A DNA stretch of 64,000 nucleotides from an uncultured Gemmatimonadales bacterium (GCA_963795085.1 CAWCFX010000004.1:160001-224000), one strand, 5' to 3'; positions 9,011 through 19,934 are shown, counted from the stretch's first letter. Notes: a model not told the origin generated them from the letters alone. Translations and numbers: made by a program.

Positions 9011-10874
9011 ATGGAGTCGGCTGATTCCTGCGACGCAGGACCTCACTCACGACTCCCTGCAGGTCGTTCGGGGAGAGCCCAGGGATGCGACTGGCTTGCC
9101 CCAGGGTGGCCGGCCGTACGCGGCCAAGTTTTTCCCTCGCTTCGAACGAGAGAGATTTGAAGTCCTGATAGGGAAGTTCAGGATCTAGCTGAAATGAATT
9201 CATCTTGCTGAGTCGATCCGCGACTCCCCGCTCACGGCTCAGGTAGCCACCGTACTTCAGCTCCATGTCGGCCCACACCGCATCTACCGGATCAACATCA
9301 ATCGCTGCGGACCTCAGCAAGTCCGATAATCCAACATTAGGCCTCCTGGCAACCTCTGAGATCTTCATCGACTGGGCGAGGGGGGTCGAACCAGCCGCCC
9401 GCAAAACTGGGTCGGCCATCTCCGGGGAAACCGAAGTTCCGCTCGCCAGTCCCAGCACCGCTTCCTCACGCTCCAGCCGACCTTCCGCGGAGGCACGCGC
9501 TTCCCCGGTCAGAAGGTTATTGCGAATCGCAATGGGTAACAGCCGTCGTAGAGCATTGTCCTGGCGAAGCAGGAGCCGGTACTCCGCACGTGACGTAAAC
9601 AGCCGATACGGCTCATCCACCCCTCGGTTGACCAGGTCATCCACCAACACGCCGAGGAACGCCTCGTCCCGGCCGACCACTACCCCCTCACGGTTGAGAA
9701 CAGACGCCGCAGCATTAATGCCGGCCAGGACTCCCTGTCCCGCCGCCTCCTCATAACCGGTCGTCCCATTGATCTGGCCCGCAAAGAAGAGCCGCTCCAC
9801 TTCACGCACCTGCAGTTCGGGCGTGAGCTGGGTCGGAGGGAAATAATCGTACTCGATGGCGTAGCCGACCCGCGTCATACTTGCGTTGGCCAACCCCGGA
9901 ACTTTTCGGAGAAACTCCAGCTGCACGGCAGCCGGTAGCGACGTCGAGAGTCCGTTCACATACATCTCGGTCGTGTCCAGGCCTTCCGGCTCCAGGAAAA
10001 CCTGGTGACGAACCGCGTCCGGGAATTTGACGATCTTGTCCTCCACGGATGGGCAGTAGCGCGGACCTCGCCCGCTGATCGCACCACCGTAAAGAGCTGA
10101 CTCCCGGATGTGACGGGAAATGACCTCCTTCACCTCTTCTCCGGCATAGGTCAGGTAACAGGGTAGCTGCTCGGGATGGGGATGCTGCTCGTAGTAGGAG
10201 AACCAGTACGGATCAGCGTCCCCATCCTGGCGCTCAAGTTTACTGAAGTCCACGCTGCGCCCATCGATACGCGGTGGCGTACCAGTCTTGAAACGTTCGA
10301 CTGTAAGTCCAAGCTGTGTAATGGCTTCCGCTAACTCTATGGAGGGAACATCGCCCGCCCTCCCAGCCGGAATCTGGGTTGTGGTACCCATATGGATGCA
10401 GCCCCGCAGGAAGGTCCCGGCGGTGACAACCAGGGCCCCGCAGGACCAGTGGCGGCCCTCGCGGGAACTGACCCCCACCACCCGGTATCCCTGGAGCGCG
10501 ATTCCCGATATCGTACCCTGCGCAAACTCCAGATTGGGGCAGCGCTCGAGCAGCGCGCGCACGGCCCGGCGGTACAACCCCCGGTCACACTGGGCACGGG
10601 GCGACCACACAGCTGGGCCCTTGGACCGGTTGAGCATCCGGAACTGAATGCGAGACATGTCCGTCGCCCGGCCCATGATGCCGCCGAGAGCGTCCACCTC
10701 CCGCACCACCGTCCCCTTGGCGATCCCCCCAATGGCGGGGTTGCAGGACATCTGGCCGATGGTCTCCAGGTTTTGAGTGACCAGCAGCGTTCGGGCACCC
10801 GAACGTGCCGAAGCCGAGGCAGCTTCGACTCCTGCGTGCCCCCCTCCAATCACGATGACGTCGTATCGGTCCAT
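9009..10874 (-). CDS. mnmG: tRNA U34 carboxymethylaminomethyl modification enzyme MnmG (GidA)
   Basis: GGGHAG, MSCNPAIGG, GPRYCPSVEDK, GQINGTTGYEEAA. Confidence 0.97.
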   Translation of the reverse strand: MDRYDVIVIGGGHAGVEAASASARSGARTLLVTQNLETIGQMSCNPAIGGIAKGTVVREVDALGGIMGRATDMSRIQFRMLNRSKGPAVWSPRAQCDRGLYRRAVRALLERCPNLEFAQGTISGIALQGYRVVGVSSREGRHWSCGALVVTAGTFLRGCIHMGTTTQIPAGRAGDVPSIELAEAITQLGLTVERFKTGTPPRIDGRSVDFSKLERQDGDADPYWFSYYEQHPHPEQLPCYLTYAGEEVKEVISRHIRESALYGGAISGRGPRYCPSVEDKIVKFPDAVRHQVFLEPEGLDTTEMYVNGLSTSLPAAVQLEFLRKVPGLANASMTRVGYAIEYDYFPPTQLTPELQVREVERLFFAGQINGTTGYEEAAGQGVLAGINAAASVLNREGVVVGRDEAFLGVLVDDLVNRGVDEPYRLFTSRAEYRLLLRQDNALRRLLPIAIRNNLLTGEARASAEGRLEREEAVLGLASGTSVSPEMADPVLRAAGSTPLAQSMKISEVARRPNVGLSDLLRSAAIDVDPVDAVWADMELKYGGYLSRERGVADRLSKMNSFQLDPELPYQDFKSLSFEAREKLGRVRPATLGQASRIPGLSPNDLQGVVSEVLRRRNQPTP

Positions 10875-10939
10875 GCCTGAAAATAACACGGGCGGGTCCG
10901 AAGACCCGCCCGCCTCCGCCAAGGCCTCCGACCCCTCCG

Positions 10940-12253
10940 TTACCCCGTGCGGATCCAGCGGTACAGTTCTTTGAGCGAAGGCTTCTTGCCGTACATCAGA
11001 ATCCCCACCCGATAGATCCTGCCGGCCAGCCAGGCGATCAGCGCCATGGTGCTCACAGTGAGCGCCAGGGAGAGCAGAACCTCCACCACCGGCACCGTGG
11101 TGAGCGAATAACGCACCGGCATGATGATCGGGGCGAAAAACGGGATCATGCTCAAGGTTAACGCCAAACTCCCATTGGGCTCGTTCAGCAGGGAAAACAT
11201 GCTGATAAAGCCGGTCGCGACCACCAGCGTGAGCAGGGTGCTGGCCTGCTGCGCCTCCTGCATGGTATTACACATCGCGCCCACTGCGGCGTACGCCGAC
11301 GCGAACAGAAAAAATCCTGCCAGGAAGAAGAGCAGAAAGACAGCGAGCAGCCCGCCGCTGATGGCGGGAATGGGCATCTGAGCCGCGGCCTCCGGCGGCA
11401 TGTCGAAGATCCCGGCGATCTGGACCGCGTTGGCCGAGAGAAGCATGGCCGTCCCGACCCAGATGGTGAGCTGCAGGAGCCCCACGGCACCGACGCCGAT
11501 CACCTTGCCGGCCATCAACTGGAAGGGTGTCAGGCTGGAGGCCAGAACCTCCATGATGCGGTTGGTCTTTTCCTCGATCACCGAGGTCATGACCTGGATG
11601 CCGTAGATCAGCAGGGAGAAGTAGAGCAGGAAGGACATCACATAGGCGAGTACAAAGGACGCCTCTCCGCTCTCCCCTGTCTCCCTGCCGTCGGTGACCT
11701 TGGCGGTCTGCATCCGGACCCGGCCCGAAGCCTGACGCACCAGGTCCGGATCAACCCCCTGGCGCTCCAACCGCTCGGTCCGGATGACGGACTCGACGAT
11801 CCGCTCCAGCACCGCCATGTCGCCGAAACTGCCGACATTATTGCCCAGATACTGAACTTCGCCCGGCTCCAGCGCCCGCTCGTCGATCAACAGGAGCCCG
11901 TCGATGCTGTGCAGGGTGTCCCGGGCGAGACCAGTGAGCGGAACCAGGGAGTCGCGCACCGCCTGGAGCCTGCCCTGCGCCAGGACCCTGGTCACCGAGT
12001 AGCGGCGGGGGTCCTCCGGCCGGCTACCCCGGCGCGCTTCGGTCAGCGCTTGCTCCAGTTCCGCACCCAACTGGCCGTCGGCGTCATCAACGATGACGAT
12101 GTGTTTCGCGTCAGTGCCCCGGCTGGCCAGAAACACCGGGAGGACCATCAGGAATCCCATAAGGATGGGGCCCAGAACGGTGCCAATGACAAAGGCCTTG
12201 GTCTGAACCCGGGTCGAGAACTCCCGCCGGATGACCGCCCAGAGCTTATGCAT
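10940..12253 (-). CDS. ABC-2 type exporter permease (NatB-like)
   Basis: VIRREF N-terminus, EEKTNRIMEVL, multiple TMs; start overlaps the ATPase stop. Confidence 0.9.
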   Translation of the reverse strand: MHKLWAVIRREFSTRVQTKAFVIGTVLGPILMGFLMVLPVFLASRGTDAKHIVIVDDADGQLGAELEQALTEARRGSRPEDPRRYSVTRVLAQGRLQAVRDSLVPLTGLARDTLHSIDGLLLIDERALEPGEVQYLGNNVGSFGDMAVLERIVESVIRTERLERQGVDPDLVRQASGRVRMQTAKVTDGRETGESGEASFVLAYVMSFLLYFSLLIYGIQVMTSVIEEKTNRIMEVLASSLTPFQLMAGKVIGVGAVGLLQLTIWVGTAMLLSANAVQIAGIFDMPPEAAAQMPIPAISGGLLAVFLLFFLAGFFLFASAYAAVGAMCNTMQEAQQASTLLTLVVATGFISMFSLLNEPNGSLALTLSMIPFFAPIIMPVRYSLTTVPVVEVLLSLALTVSTMALIAWLAGRIYRVGILMYGKKPSLKELYRWIRTG

Positions 12254-13205
12254 GAACAGCCTCGCTGGCAACGGCCTGGGCGGCTTCCGGGCCGACCTTG
12301 GCGATGAATATCGCGTGGAGTGACGGCTCGATAACTTCGAAACGCACCAGTCCCACCCCTGCATCAACCAGTGACTTCAGCAGGCGGCCGGCCTCCGCCC
12401 CGGGAGCCAGCTCGACCTCGGCGGTAGAGCCGGAATCGTCCACCCGGGACACCAGGGTGCGGTCCTGGAGCACCGCCGTCGCCAGCTTGCCGCCGCCATC
12501 GCTGAAGCCGAGCGCGACGTTGCGCTGGCCGAAACCGCGTTTGATCTCGCTCAACGAGCCGTCGAGGACCTTCTCCCCCCGGGCGATGATGGCGATATGA
12601 TCGCACATCCGCTCAGCCTGTTCCATGATATGGGTCGAGAAGACCACCGTCTTGCCCGAGCGGGCCAGGTCCACGACGACTTCCTTCATGACCTGGCTGT
12701 TTACCGGGTCCAGTCCGCTGAAAGGCTCGTCGAGGATGACCAGATCGGGGTCGTGCAGCAAGGTGCTGATAAACTGGACCTTCTGCTGCATGCCCTTTGA
12801 CAGGTCTTCGACCTTGCGGTGGGTCCAGTCGGAGATGCCCAGCCGGGCCAGCCACTCGCCGGCCTTGACCGCTGCCACCTTTCGAGAGACGCCTTTCGCC
12901 TCGCCCAGGAAAACCAGGTGATCGAGCACCTTCATCTTCTTGTAGAGACCGCGCTCTTCCGGAAGAAACCCGATCCGCTCCGACTGGCTCCTCCCGCTCG
13001 CTTCCTGGCCGAAGAGAAGCACTCGCCCCTCGTCCGGCACCAGGATGTTCATGACCATGCGAATGGTGGTGGTCTTACCGGCGCCGTTCGGGCCGAGCAG
13101 GCCGAAGATCCCTCCTCGAGGGACTTCGAGATCGAGTGCCCGGACAGCGGTATGGCCGGCGAAGCGCTTGGTTACGCGCTCCAGCGTCAGGATGGAGTCG
13201 CCCAT
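12246..13205 (-). CDS. ABC exporter ATP-binding protein (NatA-like)
   Basis: GPNGAGKTT, LSKGMQQK, LDEPFSGLDP. Confidence 0.93.
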   Translation of the reverse strand: MGDSILTLERVTKRFAGHTAVRALDLEVPRGGIFGLLGPNGAGKTTTIRMVMNILVPDEGRVLLFGQEASGRSQSERIGFLPEERGLYKKMKVLDHLVFLGEAKGVSRKVAAVKAGEWLARLGISDWTHRKVEDLSKGMQQKVQFISTLLHDPDLVILDEPFSGLDPVNSQVMKEVVVDLARSGKTVVFSTHIMEQAERMCDHIAIIARGEKVLDGSLSEIKRGFGQRNVALGFSDGGGKLATAVLQDRTLVSRVDDSGSTAEVELAPGAEAGRLLKSLVDAGVGLVRFEVIEPSLHAIFIAKVGPEAAQAVASEAVHA

Positions 13206-13238
13206 TGTTTCCCGTGGTTATGGCAGCCACAAATATAC

Positions 13239-13264
13239 AAAGGCCCCGCCTTCCAGGCGGGGCC
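13239..13264 (-). terminator. probable intrinsic terminator of the suf operon
   Basis: GGCCCCGCCT-3nt-AGGCGGGGCC stem followed by a short TTT on the minus strand. Confidence 0.55.
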
Positions 13265-13284
13265 AGGGGTTGTACCCGCTCCGG

Positions 13285-13572
13285 CTAGGCTGAAGCCAGG
13301 GAACTCAGCGTGGCGAGCCGGCGGACCGCCCCGGGGTGGACCAGCACATGGGGCCGGTCCACCCGAACGCCGAACCGGGCGGTCCGGGTCACGAAGTCCT
13401 CGGGCCCGGGACCTCCGGGAACGGGACTGAATACGCTGACGCCAACCAGGTGGACCCCGGCATCATCCTCGCGGTCGAACCGCCCGATGTAAACCTCGGA
13501 CCCGGTGGTTTCCAGCACCACGGTAATGCCATGCAGCTCCTGGTGCCCGGGGTGAAAGACGTGGCCGGTCAT
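13285..13572 (-). CDS. hypothetical protein, last gene of the suf operon
   Basis: MTGHVFHPGHQELHG...; start overlaps the bacilliredoxin stop; protein-like composition. Confidence 0.7.
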   Translation of the reverse strand: MTGHVFHPGHQELHGITVVLETTGSEVYIGRFDREDDAGVHLVGVSVFSPVPGGPGPEDFVTRTARFGVRVDRPHVLVHPGAVRRLATLSSLASA

Positions 13573-14003
13573 GCCTGCGCCGGTACCGCGCAATACTTGT
13601 CGAAGGCAGCGGCCAGGTCCTGGGCTACCTCCTGTGGCGACCGGCCTTCGATCATGTGCCGATGGACCATGAACACCGGCTCGCCGTCGCGCAGCAGCGC
13701 GAAGGAAGGCGAACTGGGCTGATAGTCAGCAAAGTACTGGCGGGCCCGGGCCGTGGCCTCGATGTCCTGGCCGGCGAAGACCGTCACGACCACCTGGGGT
13801 TTCACACCGTGCTTGAGGGCCGCCTCGAGCGCGGGCCGGGCACCGCCGGCGGCGCAGCCGCAGACCGAGTTCACGAAGACCAGGGTGGTGCCTTTCGCGT
13901 CGCCCAGGGTCTGATCCACGTCAGCCGCCGTCCGGAGTTCGCGCGCGCCGATCCGGCGCACGTCCTCCCGCATCGGGGCGACCATTCGTTCATCGTACGG
14001 CAT
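13569..14003 (-). CDS. BrxA/BrxB-family bacilliredoxin
   Basis: VNSVCGCAAG, TVFAGQD, PSSPSFAL, RHMIEGR. Confidence 0.92.
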   Translation of the reverse strand: MPYDERMVAPMREDVRRIGARELRTAADVDQTLGDAKGTTLVFVNSVCGCAAGGARPALEAALKHGVKPQVVVTVFAGQDIEATARARQYFADYQPSSPSFALLRDGEPVFMVHRHMIEGRSPQEVAQDLAAAFDKYCAVPAQA

Positions 14004-14447
14004 TCAGGACTCCTTGCTGGGTGTTTCGAGTGCATTGCGTAGCGCGTGCCAGGAAAGACTGGCACACTTGACCCGGGTCGGAAACTGGGAAACCCCGGAG
14101 AAGACCGCCAGCTTTCCCAGCGGCCGGGCCTCGCCTTCGACGGCCAGGGTCCCGGTCACCATGCGATGGAAGAGCTGGTACATCGCGTCGACCTCGGCGA
14201 TGCGCTTGCCGGCCACTGCGGCGGTCATCATGGAGGCCGAGGCCTTGCTGATCGCGCAGCCGGTTCCTTCGAAGCTGACCTTTTCGATCCGATCGCCGAT
14301 CACCTTTACCCAGACCTTGAACCGGTCGCCGCACAGGGGGTTGTAGCCCTCGGCGGAGCGATCGGAATCGGAGAGCGCATGAAAATTCCGGGGATTCCGA
14401 TTGTGGTCGAGAATCACGCTCTGATACAGTTCCGCCAGGTCGCTCAT
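14004..14447 (-). CDS. sufU: SUF system NifU-family protein SufU
   Basis: NPLCGD, GCAISKASAS, RVKCA. Confidence 0.95.
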   Translation of the reverse strand: MSDLAELYQSVILDHNRNPRNFHALSDSDRSAEGYNPLCGDRFKVWVKVIGDRIEKVSFEGTGCAISKASASMMTAAVAGKRIAEVDAMYQLFHRMVTGTLAVEGEARPLGKLAVFSGVSQFPTRVKCASLSWHALRNALETPSKES

Positions 14448-15697
14448 CAGGCGAACACCTCCCGCACCCGGGACAGGCCACCCAGGAGGGCGTCGACCTC
14501 GGCGCCGGTGTTGTAGAGACTGAACGACGCCCGGATGGTCGCGGGGACGCCGAATCGCCGCATCAGGGGCTGGGCGCAGTGGTGGCCGACCCGAACCGCG
14601 ACGCCCTCCTGGTCCAGGATGGTACCCGCATCGTGGGGGTGCACCTTTTCCACGACAAACGACACCAGGCTGGCACGCTGCTCCCCACCGGCCCCGATCA
14701 GCCGGACGCCCGGCATGGCCTGGAGCCCCGCCACCGCGGCGGCGAGGAGCTGGTCCTCGTGCCGGCGGGCGGCGTCCAATCCCACCTCCCTCAGGTAGTG
14801 ACAGGCTGCGGCCAGTCCGATCGCGCCGGCGATGTGCGGGGTACCGGCTTCAAAACGGCCGGGAATCGGGGCATAGGTGGTGCCATCAAAGGCGACCGAG
14901 TCGATCATTCCCCCGCCCCCCTGGTAGGGCTCCATCTCCTCCAATCGTTCCCGCCGGCCGTACAGGACTCCGATTCCGGTAGGTCCCAGCATCTTGTGGC
15001 CCGAGCAGGCAAAGAAATCGCATCCCAGGGCTTCCACGTCCACCGAAAGGTGGGCGGCGGACTGGGCACCATCCACCACCACGATCGCCCCGGCTGCATG
15101 GGCCAGGTCGGCGATCTGCCGAACAGGGTTGATAGTCCCCAGGACATTGGAAAGGTGGGTCAGCGCGACGACCCGGGTGCCGGGACCGATGAGACGGCCC
15201 GCGGCCTCCAGGTCCAGGTCGCCAGCCTCGGTTACCGGAACGACCCGGATGACCGCCCCCACCTGGCCCGCCAGCATCTGCCACGGCACAATGTTGGAGT
15301 GATGTTCCATCTCGGTCAGCAGGATCTCGTCGCCGCTCCGGAGCCGGGGCCTGGCCCAGGCCTGCGCCACGAGATTGATGCCCTCGGTGGTGCCCCGGGT
15401 AAAGATGATTTCCTCCGGCCGGGCCGCGCCGAGGAAATCGCGGAGCGTGGACCGGGCATCCTCATACCGCGCCGTGGCCAACTCGCTCAGCCGGTGCACC
15501 CCCCGGTGGATATTGGCGTTTTCCTCCTCGTAATACCGTCGCAACGCCTCCAGGACGGCCCGCGGTTTCTGCGAGGTGGCCGCATTGTCGAGGTAGGACA
15601 GCGGCTTCCCGTTGACCACGGTGCCCAGAATCGGAAACTCACGCCGGACACGCTCGATGTCGAGCACCCGGGCCGGAGCCGATGCGATCGCCGTCAC
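14447..15697 (-). CDS. sufS: cysteine desulfurase SufS
   Basis: YLDNAATSQKP, SGHKM, RVGHHCAQP. Confidence 0.95.
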   Translation of the reverse strand: MTAIASAPARVLDIERVRREFPILGTVVNGKPLSYLDNAATSQKPRAVLEALRRYYEEENANIHRGVHRLSELATARYEDARSTLRDFLGAARPEEIIFTRGTTEGINLVAQAWARPRLRSGDEILLTEMEHHSNIVPWQMLAGQVGAVIRVVPVTEAGDLDLEAAGRLIGPGTRVVALTHLSNVLGTINPVRQIADLAHAAGAIVVVDGAQSAAHLSVDVEALGCDFFACSGHKMLGPTGIGVLYGRRERLEEMEPYQGGGGMIDSVAFDGTTYAPIPGRFEAGTPHIAGAIGLAAACHYLREVGLDAARRHEDQLLAAAVAGLQAMPGVRLIGAGGEQRASLVSFVVEKVHPHDAGTILDQEGVAVRVGHHCAQPLMRRFGVPATIRASFSLYNTGAEVDALLGGLSRVREVFA

Positions 15698-15704
15698 CGG
15701 GCCC

Positions 15705-16967
15705 TCATCCCAGCGAGGACTCCAGCCGCTCGAAGACCAGGCGTTCGAGCAGGTGCCGGAGCGGGTCCTGGTCGATCTCGCCCAATACCTCCGCGGCGAA
15801 CCCGTAGGTCAGCATCCGGCGGGCCCGGGCCGCGCTCAGGCCCCGGCTTGCCAGGTAGAAGAGCCCGATTTCGTCCAGCCGGCCGACCGTTGCCCCGTGG
15901 GTGCACTTCACGTCGTCGGCGAAGATCTCCAGCTGGGGCTTGGTATCCACCTTGGCCCCGTCAGACAGCAGCAGGTTCTTGTTGGTCTGCTTGCCATCGG
16001 TCTTCTGCGCCTCCGGCCGGACATACACCTTGCCGTTGAACACCGCGTGCGACTGCCCGTCGAGAATGCCCTTGTATACCTCCCGGCTGCTGCAGTTCGG
16101 AGCGGCGTGCTCGATCCGGGTCTGGTGATCGATGTGCTGCTTGCCGTGGAGCATATAGAGGCCGTTCATGGTGCACACGGACCCCTCGCCCTCCATGACC
16201 GAGTAGACGTTGGTCCGGGCGAGGGCCCCGCCCAGCGCGAACGAGAACGACTTGAAGCGGCTGTCCCGCTGCTGCCGCGCCTCGATGGTCCCGACGTGGA
16301 AGGCCTGTTCGCTCTCCCGCTGGAGCTTGATGTGCTCGACCCGGGCGTTGGGGCCGACAGCCACCTCGGTCACGGCGTTGGTGAAGTAGGGTCCATCCGC
16401 CGTGGCGCCGAACGTCTCGATCACGGTCAACTCGGACGATTCATCCGCGACAATGAGGTTTCGAGGGTGAGCCGCCCAGGGCCCGGCGGCACCATCGGCC
16501 AGGAACAGGAGGTGCACCGGGATCCCGGCCCGGCAGCCCCTGCGAATGCGGATCACCGCACCGTCGGCCATCTGCGCAGTGTTGAGCGCAGTGAAGGCGT
16601 GGGTCCGGAAGTCGGCAATCGCGCCCAGGCTCTCCTGGATCTGGCCGGGGTTGGATTGCAGCGCCTGGGCCAGGCTGGTCACGGTTACGCCCTCGGGCAG
16701 GGCAGCGCCGCCGGACAACTCCGGGTGGTACCGCCCGTTGACGAAGACCATCTCGTGGGCCGGCAATCCCAGCCGGAACGACTCGATCTCTTCCGGGGAA
16801 ATGCTGCGGCCCCGGTCGGGGGGCGCCTGCCACGATTCCTGCGCAATCGGGGCCACGCTGGTGAACTTCCAGTCCTCGTTCCGGGGGGTGGGATAGCCTT
16901 CCCGGGCAAACTGTTCCGCGGCCCGCTGTCGCAGGCTTTCGATCCCGGCGGCCGTCGCAGTACTCAC
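15705..16967 (-). CDS. sufD: Fe-S cluster assembly protein SufD
   Basis: EDWKFT, KPQLEIFADDVKCTHGAT; GTG start overlaps the sufC stop. Confidence 0.93.
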   Translation of the reverse strand: MSTATAAGIESLRQRAAEQFAREGYPTPRNEDWKFTSVAPIAQESWQAPPDRGRSISPEEIESFRLGLPAHEMVFVNGRYHPELSGGAALPEGVTVTSLAQALQSNPGQIQESLGAIADFRTHAFTALNTAQMADGAVIRIRRGCRAGIPVHLLFLADGAAGPWAAHPRNLIVADESSELTVIETFGATADGPYFTNAVTEVAVGPNARVEHIKLQRESEQAFHVGTIEARQQRDSRFKSFSFALGGALARTNVYSVMEGEGSVCTMNGLYMLHGKQHIDHQTRIEHAAPNCSSREVYKGILDGQSHAVFNGKVYVRPEAQKTDGKQTNKNLLLSDGAKVDTKPQLEIFADDVKCTHGATVGRLDEIGLFYLASRGLSAARARRMLTYGFAAEVLGEIDQDPLRHLLERLVFERLESSLG

Positions 16968-17713
16968 GCCGCCTCCCCGCCCAGCCACTCGTATCCCTTC
17001 GCCTCCAACTCCAGGGCCAGCTCCTTGCCGCCCGACCTCACGATCCGCCCCTGCGACAGCACGTGGACAAAGTCGGGGACGATGTAGTTCAGCAGCCGCT
17101 GATAATGGGTTACCAGGATGGTGGCATTGTCGGGACGCCGAAGCCGGTTCACGCCTTCGGCCACGATCCGCAGGGCGTCGATATCGAGCCCGGAATCGGT
17201 TTCGTCCAGGATCGCCAGCCGGGGCTCGAGGACGGCCATCTGGAGAATCTCGTTGCGTTTCTTCTCTCCGCCGGAAAACCCGCTGTTGACGAACCGGGTG
17301 AGGACGCCCTGATCCCACTCGACCAGGTCCAGTTTCTGGTCCATGAGGTCGGCGAAATCGAGGGGGTCCAGTTCCTCCTCGCCCCGGGCCTTGCGGATCT
17401 CGTTGTAGGCCGAGCGCAGGAAGTAGCCGTTGGTCACGCCGGCGATCTCGACCGGGTACTGGAAGGCAAGAAAAACGCCGGCACGGGCCCGGTCTTCCGG
17501 TTCCATGTCGAGCAGGTCCTGCCCGTCATAGGTGGCAGACCCGCCGGTGACCACATAGCCGGGGTGCCCGGCCAGCACCTGCGCCAGGGTGCTCTTGCCC
17601 GATCCGTTGGGGCCCATGACCGCGTGCACCTCTCCCTGGTTGACGGTGAGGTTGATGCCCTTGAGGATTTCCGTGTCGCCGGCCGTGGCCCGCAGTTCCT
17701 TGATCTCCAGCAC
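16964..17713 (-). CDS. sufC: Fe-S cluster assembly ATPase SufC
   Basis: GPNGSGKST, FSGGEKKRNE, LDETDSGLD. Confidence 0.97.
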   Translation of the reverse strand: MLEIKELRATAGDTEILKGINLTVNQGEVHAVMGPNGSGKSTLAQVLAGHPGYVVTGGSATYDGQDLLDMEPEDRARAGVFLAFQYPVEIAGVTNGYFLRSAYNEIRKARGEEELDPLDFADLMDQKLDLVEWDQGVLTRFVNSGFSGGEKKRNEILQMAVLEPRLAILDETDSGLDIDALRIVAEGVNRLRRPDNATILVTHYQRLLNYIVPDFVHVLSQGRIVRSGGKELALELEAKGYEWLGGEAA

Positions 17714-17763
17714 GCTGTTCTCCGAATTTGAAATGCCTGTCGTACCCGGCGAAGTCGCCAGGG

Positions 17764-19209
17764 TTATCCGACGCTGCCTTCGAGGCTCACGCCAAGCAGC
17801 TTCTGCGCCTCGACCGCAAACTCGGTCGGCAGGTTCAGGAACACCTCTTTGCAGAATCCGTTGACGATCATGCTGATCGCGTTCTCGGTGTTGAGGCCCC
17901 GCTGCTTGCAGTAGAAAATCTGGTCTTCCCCGATCTTGGACGTGGACGCCTCATGCTCAACGGACGAGGAGGGATTCTGGACGTCGATATAGGGAAAAGT
18001 GTGGGCCCCGCACTGGTTGCCGATCAGCATGGAATCGCACTGGGTGTAGTTCCGGGCATTGGCCGCCTTGGGCAGGACCTTTACCTGGCCCCGGTAGCTG
18101 TTGTTGCCGTGGCCGGCCGATATCCCCTTCGATACGATGGTGCTGCGGGTGTTCTTCCCGAGGTGAATCATCTTGGTCCCGGTATCGGCCTGCTGCCGGC
18201 CATTGACGACGGCGACGGAATAGAACTCGCCCACACTGTCGTCCCCCTGGAGGATGACGCTGGGGTATTTCCAGGTGATCGCCGAACCGGTTTCCACCTG
18301 GGTCCAGGAAATCTTGGACCGGGCGCCGGCGCACTTGCCCCGCTTGGTGACAAAATTGTAGATCCCGCCCTTGCCGTCGGCGTCCCCCGCGTACCAGTTC
18401 TGGACCGTGGAGTACTTGATGGTCGCCCCTTCCATGGCCACCAGCTCGACCACCGCGGCGTGCAGCTGCTTGGTGTCGCGCTTGGGTGCCGTGCACCCTT
18501 CGAGGTAGCTCACGTAGGCGCCTTCGTCGGCGATGATCAGCGTCCGCTCGAACTGGCCGGCGTCGGCGGTGTTGATGCGGAAGTAGGTGGACAGCTCCAT
18601 GGGGCAGCGCACCCCTTTGGGGATATACACGAACGATCCATCGCTGAACACCGCGGAGTTGAGCGCCGCGAAGAAATTGTCATTGTAGGGCACCACCGAA
18701 CCGAGATACTTCTCGATCAGCTCCGGGTGCTCACGTACAGCTTCGGAGAAGGGACAGAAGATGACCCCGTACTCCGCGAGCTTATCTTTGAACGTGGTCG
18801 CCACCGACACGCTGTCGAAGATGGCGTCCACCGCCACGCCGGCCAGCATTTTCTGCTCGCTCAGCGGAATACCCAGTTTCTCATAGGTCCGGAGCAGTTC
18901 GGGGTCGACCTCGTCCAGGCTGCCCAGGGGCTTAATGCTCCGGGGCGCGGAGTAGTAGATCACGTCCTGGTAATCGATGGGCGGGTAGGTGATGTTGGCC
19001 CAGTGATGGGGCTCCTGCATGGTCAGCCAGCGCCGGTAGGCCTTGAGCCGCCACTCCAGCATGAAAAGCGGCTCCTGCTTCTTGGCCGAAATCAGCCGGA
19101 CGACATCCTCGCTGAGGCCGGGTGGCAGCGCGTCGCTCTCGATGTCGGTGACGAAACCATACTGGTATTCCCGCCCAACCAGGGATTCAACGGGTGACGG
19201 TGAGGACAT
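17764..19209 (-). CDS. sufB: Fe-S cluster assembly protein SufB
   Basis: [33 protein letters not shown]-terminus; start trimmed to MSSPSP. Confidence 0.97.
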   Translation of the reverse strand: MSSPSPVESLVGREYQYGFVTDIESDALPPGLSEDVVRLISAKKQEPLFMLEWRLKAYRRWLTMQEPHHWANITYPPIDYQDVIYYSAPRSIKPLGSLDEVDPELLRTYEKLGIPLSEQKMLAGVAVDAIFDSVSVATTFKDKLAEYGVIFCPFSEAVREHPELIEKYLGSVVPYNDNFFAALNSAVFSDGSFVYIPKGVRCPMELSTYFRINTADAGQFERTLIIADEGAYVSYLEGCTAPKRDTKQLHAAVVELVAMEGATIKYSTVQNWYAGDADGKGGIYNFVTKRGKCAGARSKISWTQVETGSAITWKYPSVILQGDDSVGEFYSVAVVNGRQQADTGTKMIHLGKNTRSTIVSKGISAGHGNNSYRGQVKVLPKAANARNYTQCDSMLIGNQCGAHTFPYIDVQNPSSSVEHEASTSKIGEDQIFYCKQRGLNTENAISMIVNGFCKEVFLNLPTEFAVEAQKLLGVSLEGSVG

Positions 19210-19211
19210 GG

Positions 19212-19928
19212 CTACTTCTTCCCCATAGGGGTGATACCCGGCGAGCCCGAATCTCCGTCGGGTCCCCGCTCGGGAAAATGAATGCTGTACTCGCAGACCT
19301 GGCAGCCGTTCAAAATGTGGCTCGTGCGCTCCACCCCCGCGGCCAGGACCTCCCGCAGGAACCGCTCTTCCAGTTCGCAGATCTCGGGGAATCGCTCCGC
19401 GACCGCCTTGATGGCGCAGTGGTGCTCGGTGAGCATCATACCGCCAGCGGTTTCCCCCCACGCGGCCATATATCCACCCTCCTCAAGGATGCCGGCGACC
19501 CGCTCCAGCCGCTCCGCACCGGTGGCGTCGGCCAGTTCGGCCTGCAGCCGCCGGGCCAGGGCCCCGAAGCGCTCCTCCATCACCTCCAGCACCGCCGATC
19601 TACCCGAGGGCCCCGGCACCCGGGCAAGCGCCTCAGTAAGCAGTTCTTCGTTCCGGCGGGGAAACAGGTCCTCTCCGGAGGCGGTAAGCTGGTAAAGATG
19701 TGCCGGGGCTCCCACGCCGCGCTGCTCCCGCCGACGTGCAACCAGACCATCGCCTTCCAGTTCCCTCAGGTGGTGACGCACCCCGTTCAGCGACACCAGT
19801 AGCCGGTCGGCAAGATCTCCGGCAGTCAGCCCGCCCACGGACTGCTTGAGTGATATCAACACCTGGCCTCTCAGGCCCCGGTATCCCGGAGGCAGGAAAT
19901 CAGCCTCAGGAAATGGAACAGGTCGCAT
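19212..19928 (-). CDS. sufR: SufR-like Fe-S-sensing HTH regulator
   Basis: N-terminal winged HTH; C-terminal HHCAI...EICELE...C cysteines; first gene of the suf operon. Confidence 0.8.
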   Translation of the reverse strand: MRPVPFPEADFLPPGYRGLRGQVLISLKQSVGGLTAGDLADRLLVSLNGVRHHLRELEGDGLVARRREQRGVGAPAHLYQLTASGEDLFPRRNEELLTEALARVPGPSGRSAVLEVMEERFGALARRLQAELADATGAERLERVAGILEEGGYMAAWGETAGGMMLTEHHCAIKAVAERFPEICELEERFLREVLAAGVERTSHILNGCQVCEYSIHFPERGPDGDSGSPGITPMGKK

Positions 19929-19934
19929 AGGATG

